A stretch of 64,000 bases of DNA from a virus. How positions within the stretch are numbered: the first letter of the stretch is position 1; each line of letters starts with the position of its first letter. A model generated the notes under the pieces. It did not search any database. It saw nothing but the letters and a program-made list of their open reading frames with translations, and was not told the DNA's origin. The DNA lies in the IMG/VR virus record IMGVR_UViG_3300025534_000004, positions 32,001 to 96,000 of that record, one strand, 5' to 3'. Both the position numbers and the translations under genes were made by a program. Below are positions 29,120 through 39,559 of the stretch, piece after piece.

Positions 29120-31786
29120 ATGCCCGCTTCCTCGACCTATGCCACGCCGTTTGACATCATCGGCGGTGTCGCGGACCGCCCGATGCCGGGCGAGTTGCTT
29201 CTCCGTGTTGTCCTCGCCCGAGACTCCATGCTTCTGCCAGCCGGTCTCGGTGACAGCCGTGCCTATTGCACCGTGGCACCGACAGCGCCGACGGTGATGC
29301 CGATCTTCGTCAATGGAACCAAGGTCGCGCAAATCGATTTCGCACCCGGCCAGCACCGGGGCACCTTCACCTCCTCCTACGATGTCCTGCTCGAAAAGGG
29401 TGACATCATGGAGGTGTACGGACCGACCGTCAGCGATGCAACGTTCTCCGGTCCTGCCTTCACGATCTCCGGCCGCGTGGAAGGGCTTGCTTCGGCGGCT
29501 CGTCTCGCCGTGGCCCGCACCATCTCTCTGGCCGGGGATGCGAGCGGCTCGACCACCTTTGACGGTTCCGCAAACAGGACCATCTACGTCACCCTGACCA
29601 ATTCCGGCGTCGTGCCCGGCACCTACAGCCGTGTCGTCGTTGACGCCAAGGGACGTGTGGTGGCTGGCGCCGAAAGCGCGCCGGTCAGTCCGGAGGTGAT
29701 TCGGGATGCGCTTGGCTACACGCCTGCGAACCGCGCTGGCGACACCTTCACCGGCCCGGTGACCTTCGGTACGGCGACCGCCACCTTGATTACCGCCGAT
29801 CTGTTCACCGGTACCCTCAACGGTACGGCGACGCGCGCCAATACTGCGAATATCGCCACGCTGGCGAACCGTCTCGCGGTCAGCCGGTACATCAATCTGC
29901 TGGGCGAGGCGCAGGGCTCCGCCCTATTCGACGGCACCGCCAATGCGAATATCACCGTCTCGCTGGCTCCGACCGGCGTCACGCCGGGCACCTATAATCA
30001 GGTCGTGGTCGATGCCAAGGGCCGCGTCGTCGCGGCTTCCGTCGTGACCACGCCGCCGCCCACCATTACCCTGAACGGTGATGCCACTGGCTCCGGGACT
30101 TCGACGATTGCCCTCACCCTCGTTCCTACCGGCGTCTTGCCGGGCACCTACAACACCGTCACGGTGGATGCGAAGGGCCGGGTGGTCTCCGGTGCCTATG
30201 TCACCCCGACGCCGCAGGTGATCACTCTCACGGGTGACGCTTCGGGCTCGGGCAGCAGCACCATCGCCCTCACCCTCGCACCGACCGGCGTCACGCCGGG
30301 TACCTACAATCAGGTCGTGGTCGATGCCAAGGGGCGCGTGGTGGCCGCCTCCTCGGTGCCGGTGACACCGCCGTCGATCACCCTGACCGGCGATGCCTCC
30401 GGTTCCGGCACCTCGACGATTGAGCTTACCTTGGCGAATACCGGAGTGGCGCCGGGTGTCTACAATACGGTCACGGTCGATGCGAAGGGCCGGGTGATCG
30501 CGGGTACCTTCACGCCCCCGGCGGCGCCAACCATCACCCTGACGGGCGACGCCACCGGTTCCGGGACGGGCACCATTCCACTGACCCTTACGACCACGGG
30601 CGTTGCGCCCGGCACCTATGACAAGGTGGTGGTGGACGCCAAGGGCCGCGTGGTCGCGGGCTCGAACCCTCCCCCTGCTCCGGCACCGATCACCTTGACC
30701 GGCGATGCCACCGGTTCCGGCACCTCAACGATTGCCCTCACCCTCGCCCCTACCGGCGTCACGCCGGGCACCTACAACACCGTCACGGTGGATGCGAAGG
30801 GCCGGGTGATTGCGGCCAGCAACACACCGACCATCGTGTCGGTGGCGCTCACGGGCGACGTAACCGGCATCAGCAACAGCGGTGGAACCATCAGCGCCAC
30901 GCTGGCCGCCACGGGCGTGTCTCCGGGGACCTACAACACGGTCGTGGTCGATGCCAAGGGCCGGGTCGTCTACGGGTCGAATGCCGATATCGGTGGCGGC
31001 GATGACACCCTCGCCACCGTGACGGCGCGCGGCGCGACAACCAGTACGGCGATTTCGATCACCAATGCCACCGCGTCCACATCCAAGAATACCGGCGCGC
31101 TGGTCGTGTCGGGCGGTGTCGGTATCGGCAAGGAACTCACGGTCGGCGGCGATATCCGCGCCACCGGACGGCTACAGATCGACTACGGTGGCAGCGGCAG
31201 CACTTCGGATTTCGTCAATTTCGGCAGCAGGCGCGGCTTCTGTTTCTATATGGATGCCAATGCTGCGAACGCTCCGACGACCGACAGCTTCCGGATTTAC
31301 AACAATGTTGCCATGGGGACCAATACCGACAGCGGCCTGCTGTTCGAGATCGCGGACAATGGCCGCACCCGCATTCTGACCACGCTGGATTCGACCGGCT
31401 CGGACTCCGGCGCGCTCGTGGTCTCCGGCGGCCTCGGCGTCGGGAGGAATTTCAACGTCAAGGGCGCGGTCGGTGTCGGGCGGCAGGATTTGGGCAATGT
31501 CGTCGGTTCCCGGTCGATCAACATCGCGAATGGCAACTACGTCACCGCGACGATCATGGGCGCGACGATTTTCAGCTTCACGGGCGCGCCGAACGCCAAC
31601 GCGACCTCGCTGATCCTGCGTCTCACCAACGGCGGCTCCGCGACCATCTCTTGGCCGAGTACGGTCAAATGGCCGGGCGGCTTCCCGCCGAACCTCACGG
31701 CATCCGGCACCGATGTGCTGCTGTTCCTGAGCGATGACGGCGGCGCCACGTGGCGCGGCATGGTCGGTATGAAGGACGTGCGCTGA
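29120..31786 (+). CDS. Long tail fibre protein with ~50-aa repeats
   Basis: Repeats ITLTGDATGSGT...TGVTPGTYNTVTVDAKGRV; GALVVSGGVGIG motifs; C-terminal WP..VKWPGG..P.LT..G.D domain; TAAATA at 29086. Confidence 0.88.
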   Translation: MPASSTYATPFDIIGGVADRPMPGELLLRVVLARDSMLLPAGLGDSRAYCTVAPTAPTVMPIFVNGTKVAQIDFAPGQHRGTFTSSYDVLLEKGDIMEVYGPTVSDATFSGPAFTISGRVEGLASAARLAVARTISLAGDASGSTTFDGSANRTIYVTLTNSGVVPGTYSRVVVDAKGRVVAGAESAPVSPEVIRDALGYTPANRAGDTFTGPVTFGTATATLITADLFTGTLNGTATRANTANIATLANRLAVSRYINLLGEAQGSALFDGTANANITVSLAPTGVTPGTYNQVVVDAKGRVVAASVVTTPPPTITLNGDATGSGTSTIALTLVPTGVLPGTYNTVTVDAKGRVVSGAYVTPTPQVITLTGDASGSGSSTIALTLAPTGVTPGTYNQVVVDAKGRVVAASSVPVTPPSITLTGDASGSGTSTIELTLANTGVAPGVYNTVTVDAKGRVIAGTFTPPAAPTITLTGDATGSGTGTIPLTLTTTGVAPGTYDKVVVDAKGRVVAGSNPPPAPAPITLTGDATGSGTSTIALTLAPTGVTPGTYNTVTVDAKGRVIAASNTPTIVSVALTGDVTGISNSGGTISATLAATGVSPGTYNTVVVDAKGRVVYGSNADIGGGDDTLATVTARGATTSTAISITNATASTSKNTGALVVSGGVGIGKELTVGGDIRATGRLQIDYGGSGSTSDFVNFGSRRGFCFYMDANAANAPTTDSFRIYNNVAMGTNTDSGLLFEIADNGRTRILTTLDSTGSDSGALVVSGGLGVGRNFNVKGAVGVGRQDLGNVVGSRSINIANGNYVTATIMGATIFSFTGAPNANATSLILRLTNGGSATISWPSTVKWPGGFPPNLTASGTDVLLFLSDDGGATWRGMVGMKDVR

Positions 31787-32430
31787 TGCTGCCCGACCTC
31801 AACCTTCTCTTGGGGGGCCTTGGATCGCGCCCCTCAAAGCTGGTGCCGACCATCGTGCCGCTGCGTGGCCCGGCAGGCATGACGCGCCACATCTTCGACA
31901 ACACGTCCTTCGGCACCGCCAACAACGAGGACGACTGGTATCTCCGCGTCCCGTTGGCCGATACCTTCTACTACGATGGCGTCGGCTACAACGCCGTATA
32001 TGTCTCGACCAACGCCTACATCACCTTCGGCGCGGGCTCGGTGGTCTACTATGGCTTGCAGTACAACCAGCCTCCCGTCCCCACGCTGCACTTCGGCTCG
32101 GCCGACAACAGTTGCCAAACGCTCTGGTACGGTACGGTCGGCAGCGGCTCGAAACGCGCGACCTTTATCCGCTATGAGGGGACGGCTGCGATCCATCGCA
32201 ACACCAGCAGCCCGAACATCATCATCGAATGGTACTTCTATGCGGGATCGCTGATGACCTGCGTCATCGGCCAGCACGCGCGCCTGAGCGGCTTCTGGGG
32301 GTGGTCGAACGGTTCGACGGGCGTCTCCGGCATGGCTCCCGGCCCTGCCTTTTCCATGACGAGCTACGGCTACGAGAGTTTCGATCTGGGCTCCAACTGG
32401 TCCTATCGAAACGGCAGCGCCGATCCATAA
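31786..32430 (+). CDS. Tail fibre-associated (NIDO-like beta) protein
   Basis: TGATG coupling to the fibre gene; YVSTNAYITFG motif. Confidence 0.6.
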   Translation: MLPDLNLLLGGLGSRPSKLVPTIVPLRGPAGMTRHIFDNTSFGTANNEDDWYLRVPLADTFYYDGVGYNAVYVSTNAYITFGAGSVVYYGLQYNQPPVPTLHFGSADNSCQTLWYGTVGSGSKRATFIRYEGTAAIHRNTSSPNIIIEWYFYAGSLMTCVIGQHARLSGFWGWSNGSTGVSGMAPGPAFSMTSYGYESFDLGSNWSYRNGSADP

Positions 32431-32437
32431 GAGAAAG

Positions 32438-33091
32438 GTGATTTCAATGTACGTGCATGTCGAAAACGGCGCCATTACCGCCGGTCCGATGCAACTCCCC
32501 GAGGTTTGGCGAAATGTCTCTGGCCTGCACCTTGCGCCGCAGGACTTCCTCGCCGAACTCGGCTGGCTCCCGTACGAGGCTACGCCGCTTCCGCCGCATG
32601 ACCAGCGCACCCAGAAGGTGGTCACCCGCGTGGAGATCGGGGCGACGGCAGCCCGCGAGGTCCACCGGGTGGTCAACCGGACGCGCGCCGAAATCCAAGC
32701 CTATGACGATGAGCAGAAGTTGCTCCTCGCATCGGAGCGTGCCAGCAAGAAGATCGAGGTCGCCGCTCGCCGCTGGCAGGCGCAGCAGGCAGGCATCGTG
32801 TTCAAGGGTACCCGCTTCCCGACGGACCCGGCTTCGGTCAGCGCCTACACGTCCAACGCCTTCGCCGCGACGCAGGACCCGAGCCTGACGGTGAAATGGA
32901 AGCTGCCGAATGGCGTTTTCGTTGTCCTGAACTCCGACCAAGTGATCCGGCTCGCATCGGCCGCGCGCGCCCATGTACAGGCGTGCTTCGACCGCGAGGC
33001 CGAATTGGCGGCAGCCATCGACGCGGCGGCCACCATTGCCGCCGTCGAAGGGCTGGATATCACGGGCGGCTGGCCGGACATCGCTGCCTGA
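32438..33091 (+). CDS. DUF4376-type tail fibre assembly/chaperone protein
   Basis: RRW....GI...TD..S...WKL.NG.FV.L...HVQACFDRE..L signature. Confidence 0.8.
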   Translation: MISMYVHVENGAITAGPMQLPEVWRNVSGLHLAPQDFLAELGWLPYEATPLPPHDQRTQKVVTRVEIGATAAREVHRVVNRTRAEIQAYDDEQKLLLASERASKKIEVAARRWQAQQAGIVFKGTRFPTDPASVSAYTSNAFAATQDPSLTVKWKLPNGVFVVLNSDQVIRLASAARAHVQACFDREAELAAAIDAAATIAAVEGLDITGGWPDIAA

Positions 33092-33791
33092 CAGCATGAT
33101 GCCAAGGGGCGGGGTGACGGTCGCTCCGCCCGTTGGCATATGGCCTCCCGGCGAGGATCGGTCCGGCCGTCAGAAAGGTGGATCGCACCTTGGCGTGCAG
33201 GTCCTCGATGGTGCCGTCGTTCTCGAAGGTGAGATCGATGGGGCTTCCCACCCAAGCCCACTCGCTCGCATGGACCCGGTAGTGGTGTTTCATCGCATGT
33301 AGGGCGTCGGCATCCCCTGCATTAGCGCGGGCCGCGATCCCGAACCACTCCGGATCGTCCCCTTTCCTGATCCGCGCCACGATGCCGCCAAGCCGCCGGG
33401 CCATCGCAAGCTCGTTCGGGAACCGGCCGTCGATCAGCACCACGTCGCTCCCCGGAGGCAGCATGGAGATGCGCCGCTCGACGCTGAACACCCATACCTC
33501 CGGATGAAAATGGTCGCGCATCGCCTCGGTGCCGACCAGTTGCATGGCGCGCCGGGGCGAGAAATCGGGGATGCCGAGACGTTCGGCCCACCATGCATCG
33601 ACCTGCTCTCGCCATGCACGGCTTTCCGGCGTATCGCCTTCGAGCATGGCGCGGTCCCAGCGGAATATGGTGGCAAGGGCATCCTTGATGGCGTCCGCGA
33701 AGCTGAGTGCGTGGAAGCCACTCGCTTGCAAGGGCTGGGCGGCGGTGTTCTTGCCCGAACCCTTGAAGCCGACGAAGGCGATCAGGGTCAT
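33060..33791 (-). CDS. Deoxynucleoside monophosphate kinase (T4 gp1-like)
   Basis: GFKGSGKNT...SFADAIKD...WDR.MLEG.T.ESR.WRE...PRRAMQLVGTE...D.RF.NE...H.SE. Confidence 0.92.
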   Translation of the reverse strand: MTLIAFVGFKGSGKNTAAQPLQASGFHALSFADAIKDALATIFRWDRAMLEGDTPESRAWREQVDAWWAERLGIPDFSPRRAMQLVGTEAMRDHFHPEVWVFSVERRISMLPPGSDVVLIDGRFPNELAMARRLGGIVARIRKGDDPEWFGIAARANAGDADALHAMKHHYRVHASEWAWVGSPIDLTFENDGTIEDLHAKVRSTFLTAGPILAGRPYANGRSDRHPAPWHHAVRQRCPASRP

Positions 33792-33874
33792 TAAATGCTC
33801 GTTCTGAAAAATGCTCGTTCTGAAAAGTGCTTCGGTGTGTGGTATTGCGGGTCGGTGCCTGTGGTGGTTGAGGA

Positions 33875-34072
33875 TCAGATTTTCAACAACAGGCGTTCCA
33901 GCAGTTCGCCTTCCTCCCGCATCTCGGCTTCGACCTCGGCGATCTCCGGTGCGTGCGCCAGTTTGGTGAGCAGGACGAGGCGACCGAGGGCCTCCATGAC
34001 CGACGGATTACGGCTTGCGCGCGCAATCCGCAGGATCGCCGTCAGTTCCATCACGGAGATGTCGTGGCTCAT
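33875..34072 (-). CDS. Small hypothetical protein
   Basis: Coupled ORF; NPSVMEALGRL motif. Confidence 0.55.
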   Translation of the reverse strand: MSHDISVMELTAILRIARASRNPSVMEALGRLVLLTKLAHAPEIAEVEAEMREEGELLERLLLKI

Positions 34073-34449
34073 GCCGACCCCTCGAAGCGCAGCTTGAAAT
34101 GGAGGAGGTCCTGCTCATGCTCGAACCAGAATTCCCAGACCCATCGGTCCTCGCCCTCCCGGTCGTGGAACAGCCCGGTGCTGTTTTCTTCGAGCCACAG
34201 GATCATCTCCTCGAACTTGTCGCTCCACTGGTCGGCATCCTCGGTCAGGGTGACCAACAGGCGGTTGCGGATCATCTTGAAGCCGATCTCGGAGCAGAGG
34301 ATCGTGTCGATCACATCACGGTCCAGTCGGCGGGTCGTGGCGATATTGGCGACGACAGGTCTGGGATCGGGCTTGCGCCTGCTGCGTGCGACGCCGGTAC
34401 GGATTGCGTGCGCGCTGATCGTCCCGCTATTGCCCGTGTTGTAGGCCAT
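34069..34449 (-). CDS. Hypothetical protein, FxFExExDLxxFKLxF family
   Basis: WLEENSTG...FWFEHEQDLLHFKLRF. Confidence 0.65.
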   Translation of the reverse strand: MAYNTGNSGTISAHAIRTGVARSRRKPDPRPVVANIATTRRLDRDVIDTILCSEIGFKMIRNRLLVTLTEDADQWSDKFEEMILWLEENSTGLFHDREGEDRWVWEFWFEHEQDLLHFKLRFEGSA

Positions 34450-34557
34450 GCTGATATGCCTTTCTCAAATGTCCTACGAATGATCCATGACAATGTTCGC
34501 CCGGATTCGGCGCACCCGCTCCACGCGCACATTCTCAAGGCTGGCGAAGTAGTCGGT

Positions 34558-34890
34558 TCATGCCATCGCGCTGACCTCGCGGATTGATCCGTCCTCCTCC
34601 ATCAGGGCCACGCGGTTGCGCTTCTCCTCCGGCAACTCGTCATTGCACTCGTAGTGCCAGCAGATGCGCCGGACATTCTCATAAGCGATATGCATGTCCT
34701 GATAGAGGTTGATGAACACCACCCGCCCGCGATGCGTCGAAAAGCTGTCGCCCTCCGAATGGAGCACGTAGGGCAGGAAGTAATCCCGGTCGTATTTCGG
34801 ATCGAACGCCACGGTCAGGTCGCGATATGCCTCCGTCATGACACGGAAGCCATCGATGCTGGTCGTGGTCGCGGTGTCGTCCGCGTCCAT
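34558..34890 (-). CDS. Hypothetical protein
   Basis: ORF track; start uncertain. Confidence 0.5.
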   Translation of the reverse strand: MDADDTATTTSIDGFRVMTEAYRDLTVAFDPKYDRDYFLPYVLHSEGDSFSTHRGRVVFINLYQDMHIAYENVRRICWHYECNDELPEEKRNRVALMEEDGSIREVSAMA

Positions 34891-35165
34891 TTCATCGTCG
34901 GGTCGCGGGCGCGGGTCACCTTGGTGGTGCTGCGCCGGAGGATTTCGATACGGGCCGCCATTGCAGTATTCGTTTCTGAAACTCGGTTACCGTAGCACTG
35001 TATTTGCACCGTGCCAAGCCGAAAATGCGGGCGGCGATTTTTTGGCTGCATGGTTGCTACCACCGCCCGCGCGCCGTGCAGCCGCCAGAGCCTTTGATTG
35101 ACACGCGAATCCGGCGGCCCATATCGTGGCCGGGAGTCTCTCTTGCCGAACGCAGGTCACGCCCG

Positions 35166-35453
35166 ATGAACGCCCACGCCGCCCCGACGATGAGCAGACG
35201 CCGCAGCACCGCACCCGCGCAGCCGACCTTGCCGATCCCCGTCCCCGCCGCCAAGCCCAAGAGGCAGCGACGGGTCAACGCCGTGGTCAGCATCCCGGTC
35301 AGGGAAGGGGTGAAGCCGATGACCTACCGCCCTGCCGCCGAACTGCACACCGAGCTTCTTCTGCACTCCATGGCGAGCGGCAAATCCATGCAGAAGATCA
35401 TCGACGCGGCGCTGGTCGAGTATTTCGCACGGCTGCGGGAAAAGGGCGGCTGA
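35166..35453 (+). CDS. Ribbon-helix-helix DNA-binding protein
   Basis: MTYRPAAELHTELLLHSMASGKSMQKIIDAALVEYF pattern. Confidence 0.7.
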   Translation: MNAHAAPTMSRRRSTAPAQPTLPIPVPAAKPKRQRRVNAVVSIPVREGVKPMTYRPAAELHTELLLHSMASGKSMQKIIDAALVEYFARLREKGG

Positions 35454-35494
35454 GGCCGCCCGGCGGCCGGTGGTAGCAACCATGCCACCGCGCC

Positions 35495-35950
35495 TCAGGC
35501 GGCGAAGGACAACGGGATCAGCGTGTGGGCGACGGGACTGGTGGCAAAGAGGTAGGTACCGCCGCACCAGTTGTTCAATACGTGGGAGGATGTGGCTGAT
35601 AACGGGACCGTCACCACATAGTGGCCGACCAGCCCGCCGATCCCGGTGTTCTCCATCCAATCCTTCACGCTGGACAGGGGGATGAAGGACGGGAACCAGA
35701 ACTCCCTTGCGCCGCATTTCCGCATCACCGCGCAGTACGGACCGTGCCAGTCCCCGATGCGAATTGGCGTCACCATCTCCCGCCACTCCTCCCCGTGGAT
35801 GGCAAAGGCCAGTTCGAGGAAATCGTCTATCGAGAACAGCCCCTCCCCGCCCTCGGCCGCCATCAGGGCGGTGGCGCGGCTGGTGGCTGCAACCATGATT
35901 GCATCCCAGATTTCGCGCTTGCGAGCCTGACGTTCACTGATCGGAGTCAT
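35495..35950 (-). CDS. Hypothetical protein
   Basis: Coupled ORF in an operon. Confidence 0.55.
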   Translation of the reverse strand: MTPISERQARKREIWDAIMVAATSRATALMAAEGGEGLFSIDDFLELAFAIHGEEWREMVTPIRIGDWHGPYCAVMRKCGAREFWFPSFIPLSSVKDWMENTGIGGLVGHYVVTVPLSATSSHVLNNWCGGTYLFATSPVAHTLIPLSFAA

Positions 35951-36201
35951 GCCCCCTGTACCCCCGCGTCGGTTAGCGAGCCCGACAGTTCCAGTCGAAT
36001 GACATCGATATTGGCCTGTCGCCGCAGCCGTTCCGGGATTTCCCGGAGCGACTGATGAATCTGGTGGTGGTCCCAGCGGGTCCGCGCCACGATGCCGCAG
36101 CACGGACAGGTCCGCTGGCTCCGGTCCAGCATGGCATCAACCTCCTCCACCAGTCGGGCAGCCAGCAGCAGCTTGTCACGCGGAGTCATGATCGCGTCCA
36201 T
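35947..36201 (-). CDS. Small CPCC-containing hypothetical protein
   Basis: AGGAGG RBS. Confidence 0.6.
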   Translation of the reverse strand: MDAIMTPRDKLLLAARLVEEVDAMLDRSQRTCPCCGIVARTRWDHHQIHQSLREIPERLRRQANIDVIRLELSGSLTDAGVQGA

Positions 36202-36403
36202 GACACGGTCCTCCTAAGGGTTAGCGGCCAGCGCATGATTGGCCCACACCCTCCCCTATGCCCACGTTACGACGATCTGTGCGGCCCGGTCGGAAAAAAT
36301 CAGGCGTATGCGCGCCGCCCGGAACTGCGGACCGTGGGAATCCCGGTATCTCGAAGGGCTGCTTCATGTCGCTTTCTCGAAATATCGGCGTGGGGTTCCG
36401 GCG

Positions 36404-36778
36404 CTACCGGCGCGCCGCTTCCGCCCGGAATATGTCCACCATCAGGAGCAGCTTGGTGGCAGCCACAGTATCGGAGGTCAGCACGCGATGGACGAAATCC
36501 CTTCGCGCTTCATCCCATACCATGGCGAATACGACCATGCCATCATCCACCTCGAACACATGCCAGCCCACACCTCGTCTCGTGACAACCTCCGGGAAGA
36601 TTCCGGGCACACGGTCGGGCCTGATCTCGCCCATCCACCAGCGGACACCCATCCACTCGTTAATTTCATGATCCGGGGCGTGGGAGGTGACCAAGAGGGG
36701 AAGCTCCGCCCACGCTTCGACGAATTCAATCTCGACGAGGTGCGGCAGACGCTCAAGGCTGCGGGTGAACAGGTCCAT
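36404..36778 (-). CDS. Hypothetical protein
   Basis: TGATG coupling with the upstream gene. Confidence 0.55.
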   Translation of the reverse strand: MDLFTRSLERLPHLVEIEFVEAWAELPLLVTSHAPDHEINEWMGVRWWMGEIRPDRVPGIFPEVVTRRGVGWHVFEVDDGMVVFAMVWDEARRDFVHRVLTSDTVAATKLLLMVDIFRAEAARR

Positions 36779-37032
36779 CAGCCGGGGATGATGGCGGCGA
36801 TGCGCCCGCCGCTCCCAAGACATACCCGCACTCGGCCAGCCACGCTGGGGGCACCCTCGGGGATGCTCTCGAAAAAAGACTGCACTTCCACGGTCTTGCC
36901 ACCGGTCACCTTGAGGATGTCGGCCTCGGTCACCTCCGTACCATAGACGCGGCCGAGGAGATCGGCATAGGGCACGGAAACGCGCCGTAGCCGGGCGGGA
37001 TCAGTCAGGCGAACCGTCTTGATTTCGTCCAT
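36778..37032 (-). CDS. Hypothetical protein
   Basis: ORF with GAGAG RBS. Confidence 0.55.
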   Translation of the reverse strand: MDEIKTVRLTDPARLRRVSVPYADLLGRVYGTEVTEADILKVTGGKTVEVQSFFESIPEGAPSVAGRVRVCLGSGGRIAAIIPG

Positions 37033-37257
37033 GAAAATACTCTCTCAGATAGTTGGAGAGCGAAGGCCGCGCGGGGAAAAATGGGAACCGACGGCCTTCG
37101 CTGAGCACCACAACACGCCTCGCGGCGGAAAGGAAGCGACCGTGGGTGCGTCGCCTCTTATGCACCAAGTTTAGTTCGTGGCACGGGATTTTGCAAGGGG
37201 CTTTTATGTCCCGGCAGTTCCGGGATAGACTGCTGCCCGGACAGGGAAGGCGGTATA

Positions 37258-37854
37258 ATGTCGATGCTACTCGTGGTAGGCCAGCAGTTGCCCGGCTGGA
37301 AAGGACCTTCGAAGGAAGGCGGTGAGTTCAATATAGACCGGGGCGGTGCCCGGCTTCGTGTTCAGTATGTCCGGCCGCGCCCGAGCGAAATCCGGGCATT
37401 CCGGCGAAGCAAGGTCCGCTTCGGTCTCGTCCGGGGCGGGACGCATACCGCCTTCCTTCTGTTCAGCATCCCCGGCCTCACCGTTGGTTGGGCGGATGCG
37501 TCCTATGCTCTTGGTATGGTCCATCCGGAGGATCGGGAGATCGACCGGCGCGGGCCGGGCGAGGGTTGGCTCATCAGCATGTTGCTGATCTGCGCAGAGA
37601 CCGGGGTGCTCCATGCCCTTCGGGCCGTAACCGTCACCCCGGCCTTCTCCGAGCGGCTCGACGAACTGGTGGCAGAACAGCGGGCCGTCCTCCCCGCGTT
37701 CAGCCGCGCCGCGCATGAAGCGGAGATCGCCGCAGCCTATCGGCGCTGGCCGACCCCGAACCATATGGCGAAGGATGCCCTGATCACCGAATTCGGCGGC
37801 CTGTCCTTCCACAAGCTGCCGCCAATGGTCTGGAACCCGCGCTACGCCGGGTAA
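37258..37854 (+). CDS. Hypothetical protein
   Basis: 198-aa ORF with plausible composition. Confidence 0.65.
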   Translation: MSMLLVVGQQLPGWKGPSKEGGEFNIDRGGARLRVQYVRPRPSEIRAFRRSKVRFGLVRGGTHTAFLLFSIPGLTVGWADASYALGMVHPEDREIDRRGPGEGWLISMLLICAETGVLHALRAVTVTPAFSERLDELVAEQRAVLPAFSRAAHEAEIAAAYRRWPTPNHMAKDALITEFGGLSFHKLPPMVWNPRYAG

Positions 37855-37867
37855 CCCCCGGCGGCAC

Positions 37868-38215
37868 TCATCCCTGCGGTTCCTCCACCCGGATTTTCGG
37901 CACGGACATGCGCTTCACCAGCAGGAACCGCTCATACGCCTCGCGCAGCGTCGGATTCTCCGCGTAGAGGTCCTCCCCACCGACATGCATGAAGGCGTCG
38001 ATCATGCCTTCGAGGGCTCGCGCATCGAAGCTCACCCATACCTTCGGCGAGTTCGAGAATGCGAAGCGAAACTGATCGTTCTCCATCCGCTTGACGACGG
38101 CAAAGCTACCGCTCACGCCCGGCTTGCGCAGCACGACGGCACGGCTGAGTTCCTTGGGCTCACGCGGCGAAGCTGGTGCTGGCGCCTTGGGTCGGCGCCT
38201 ACTGAACGGCCACAT
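37868..38215 (-). CDS. Hypothetical protein
   Basis: C-terminal NPTLREAYERFLLVKRM motif. Confidence 0.6.
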   Translation of the reverse strand: MWPFSRRRPKAPAPASPREPKELSRAVVLRKPGVSGSFAVVKRMENDQFRFAFSNSPKVWVSFDARALEGMIDAFMHVGGEDLYAENPTLREAYERFLLVKRMSVPKIRVEEPQG

Positions 38216-38216
38216 C

Positions 38217-38411
38217 TCAGCGCACCTTAGGCAACGGCATCGTTTCGACATACCCAGCATTGACCTCGTGCGGCTTGTCCTCGCCCGCCACGCCGTCGAG
38301 AGTCTTAACCAGCCGGACCACCTTCTGGCGGGCCGCTTCCGCACCCGCGCGGAAGGCCGCAGCCCAGAGGCGCCTCTCCATGGGAGTCTTGGGCTGGATG
38401 CTCATCTCCAT
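38217..38411 (-). CDS. Small hypothetical protein
   Basis: GAGGAG RBS. Confidence 0.5.
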   Translation of the reverse strand: MEMSIQPKTPMERRLWAAAFRAGAEAARQKVVRLVKTLDGVAGEDKPHEVNAGYVETMPLPKVR

Positions 38412-38415
38412 CTCC

Positions 38416-38760
38416 TCACACAAGGCCGCCAAACACGTTCCGCCGCAGTGCCTTCGGTATCTGCCGGTCCGTGCAGAAAAACATCTCCGGCCCGTTGCCG
38501 AGGATGATCCGGTCGGTGATCCGCGTGCCCTCCGGGAAGATCGCATAGAATTCGCGCCGCGCGCTGGGACCCCTCACCTCGACCACAACCACGTCACCGC
38601 ATTCGGCCTTGGCGCGCAAATCCGGCCACCAAGAGCCCGGCAGGATGGTGGCGTTGCGCTTGCTCGCGATTTCCTCCCAGCAGTCTCCCTTTCGCCGCAG
38701 CAGGACGACCTCGGCGGCGGACAGGTCAGTTGCAACAGGAATCACCCGGTTAAGGTCCAT
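38416..38760 (-). CDS. Hypothetical protein
   Basis: GGAGGAGG RBS. Confidence 0.6.
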   Translation of the reverse strand: MDLNRVIPVATDLSAAEVVLLRRKGDCWEEIASKRNATILPGSWWPDLRAKAECGDVVVVEVRGPSARREFYAIFPEGTRITDRIILGNGPEMFFCTDRQIPKALRRNVFGGLV

Positions 38761-38896
38761 GCGGTCCTCCTCCGAACGGCACCATACCATCTCCGGAGAG
38801 GCTGTCCAATTTAATGTGGTTCTTTGAACTGCCTTTTTCTGGTTGACTATCTGTGCGCTTTCGCTACATTTGGCGCCACCGGATGAGGAGGCGGGC

Positions 38897-39127
38897 ATGG
38901 AGAAGCTGATCGTCACCTTCGAACTGAGCGTACCCAGCGTACTCCTGCGAACCGCCCGCATCATCAAGATAACGGAAATCGTCGGCGAGACCGGTCGTCC
39001 ATTCTGGGCGGTCACGGCAAAGCGGAATGCCTGCGCCCCCGGTGAGGCCATCCTGTTCGAGGCTGACAACAAGGCGGCCTCGAATGCCGTCGCCACTGCT
39101 CTCCGCGCCCGTCTGGGAGCCGCATGA
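38897..39127 (+). CDS. Hypothetical protein
   Basis: GAGGAGG RBS; promoter TTGACT-N16-TACATT with box at 38827-38844. Confidence 0.6.
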   Translation: MEKLIVTFELSVPSVLLRTARIIKITEIVGETGRPFWAVTAKRNACAPGEAILFEADNKAASNAVATALRARLGAA

Positions 39128-39489
39128 TGACGGTGGTGGTCAATCCGAAGCTCGGCGCCCTGATGCACGGAATCCTCGCGCGCGAAATCATCGTCGCGGA
39201 CCGGCACGACGGCGGCGTCGATATCAGGCGGGGCAACCGCTACCTCGGTAGGCTGCGACGCCGACCGGATTTCGGTTACACGGTCACCGTCGAGGGCGTG
39301 AAATGGCGCCTGCCTCTGGACGCCAGCAACGCCCTTCGCCTCATGTCTCAGCGGGGGCGCTTTGGCGCTACCTATGTCGCCTCACGAAAGGACGGTCTCG
39401 CGGTCCTGCTGGATGCCGTTGATCGCCGCCTGCGCAGCACGTCGGACCGGGACATGATCCTGTCGTGGCCAAAGGGGTCCAGCCCATGA
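39124..39489 (+). CDS. Hypothetical protein
   Basis: ATGA coupling. Confidence 0.55.
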   Translation: MMTVVVNPKLGALMHGILAREIIVADRHDGGVDIRRGNRYLGRLRRRPDFGYTVTVEGVKWRLPLDASNALRLMSQRGRFGATYVASRKDGLAVLLDAVDRRLRSTSDRDMILSWPKGSSP

Positions 39490-39559
39490 CGGGCTGCCCG
39501 CCGGAACCGGATTTCGCCGCCCGCAGCATCTTCCTGCCTCCTGCCGTGGACCAATCCTG

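Noticed and set aside
33793-33826. 16-bp tandem duplication AAATGCTCGTTCTGAA as an alphaproteobacterial LexA box
   Set aside because: GTTC spacing is 12, not 7; probably a simple slippage duplication upstream of the dNMP kinase
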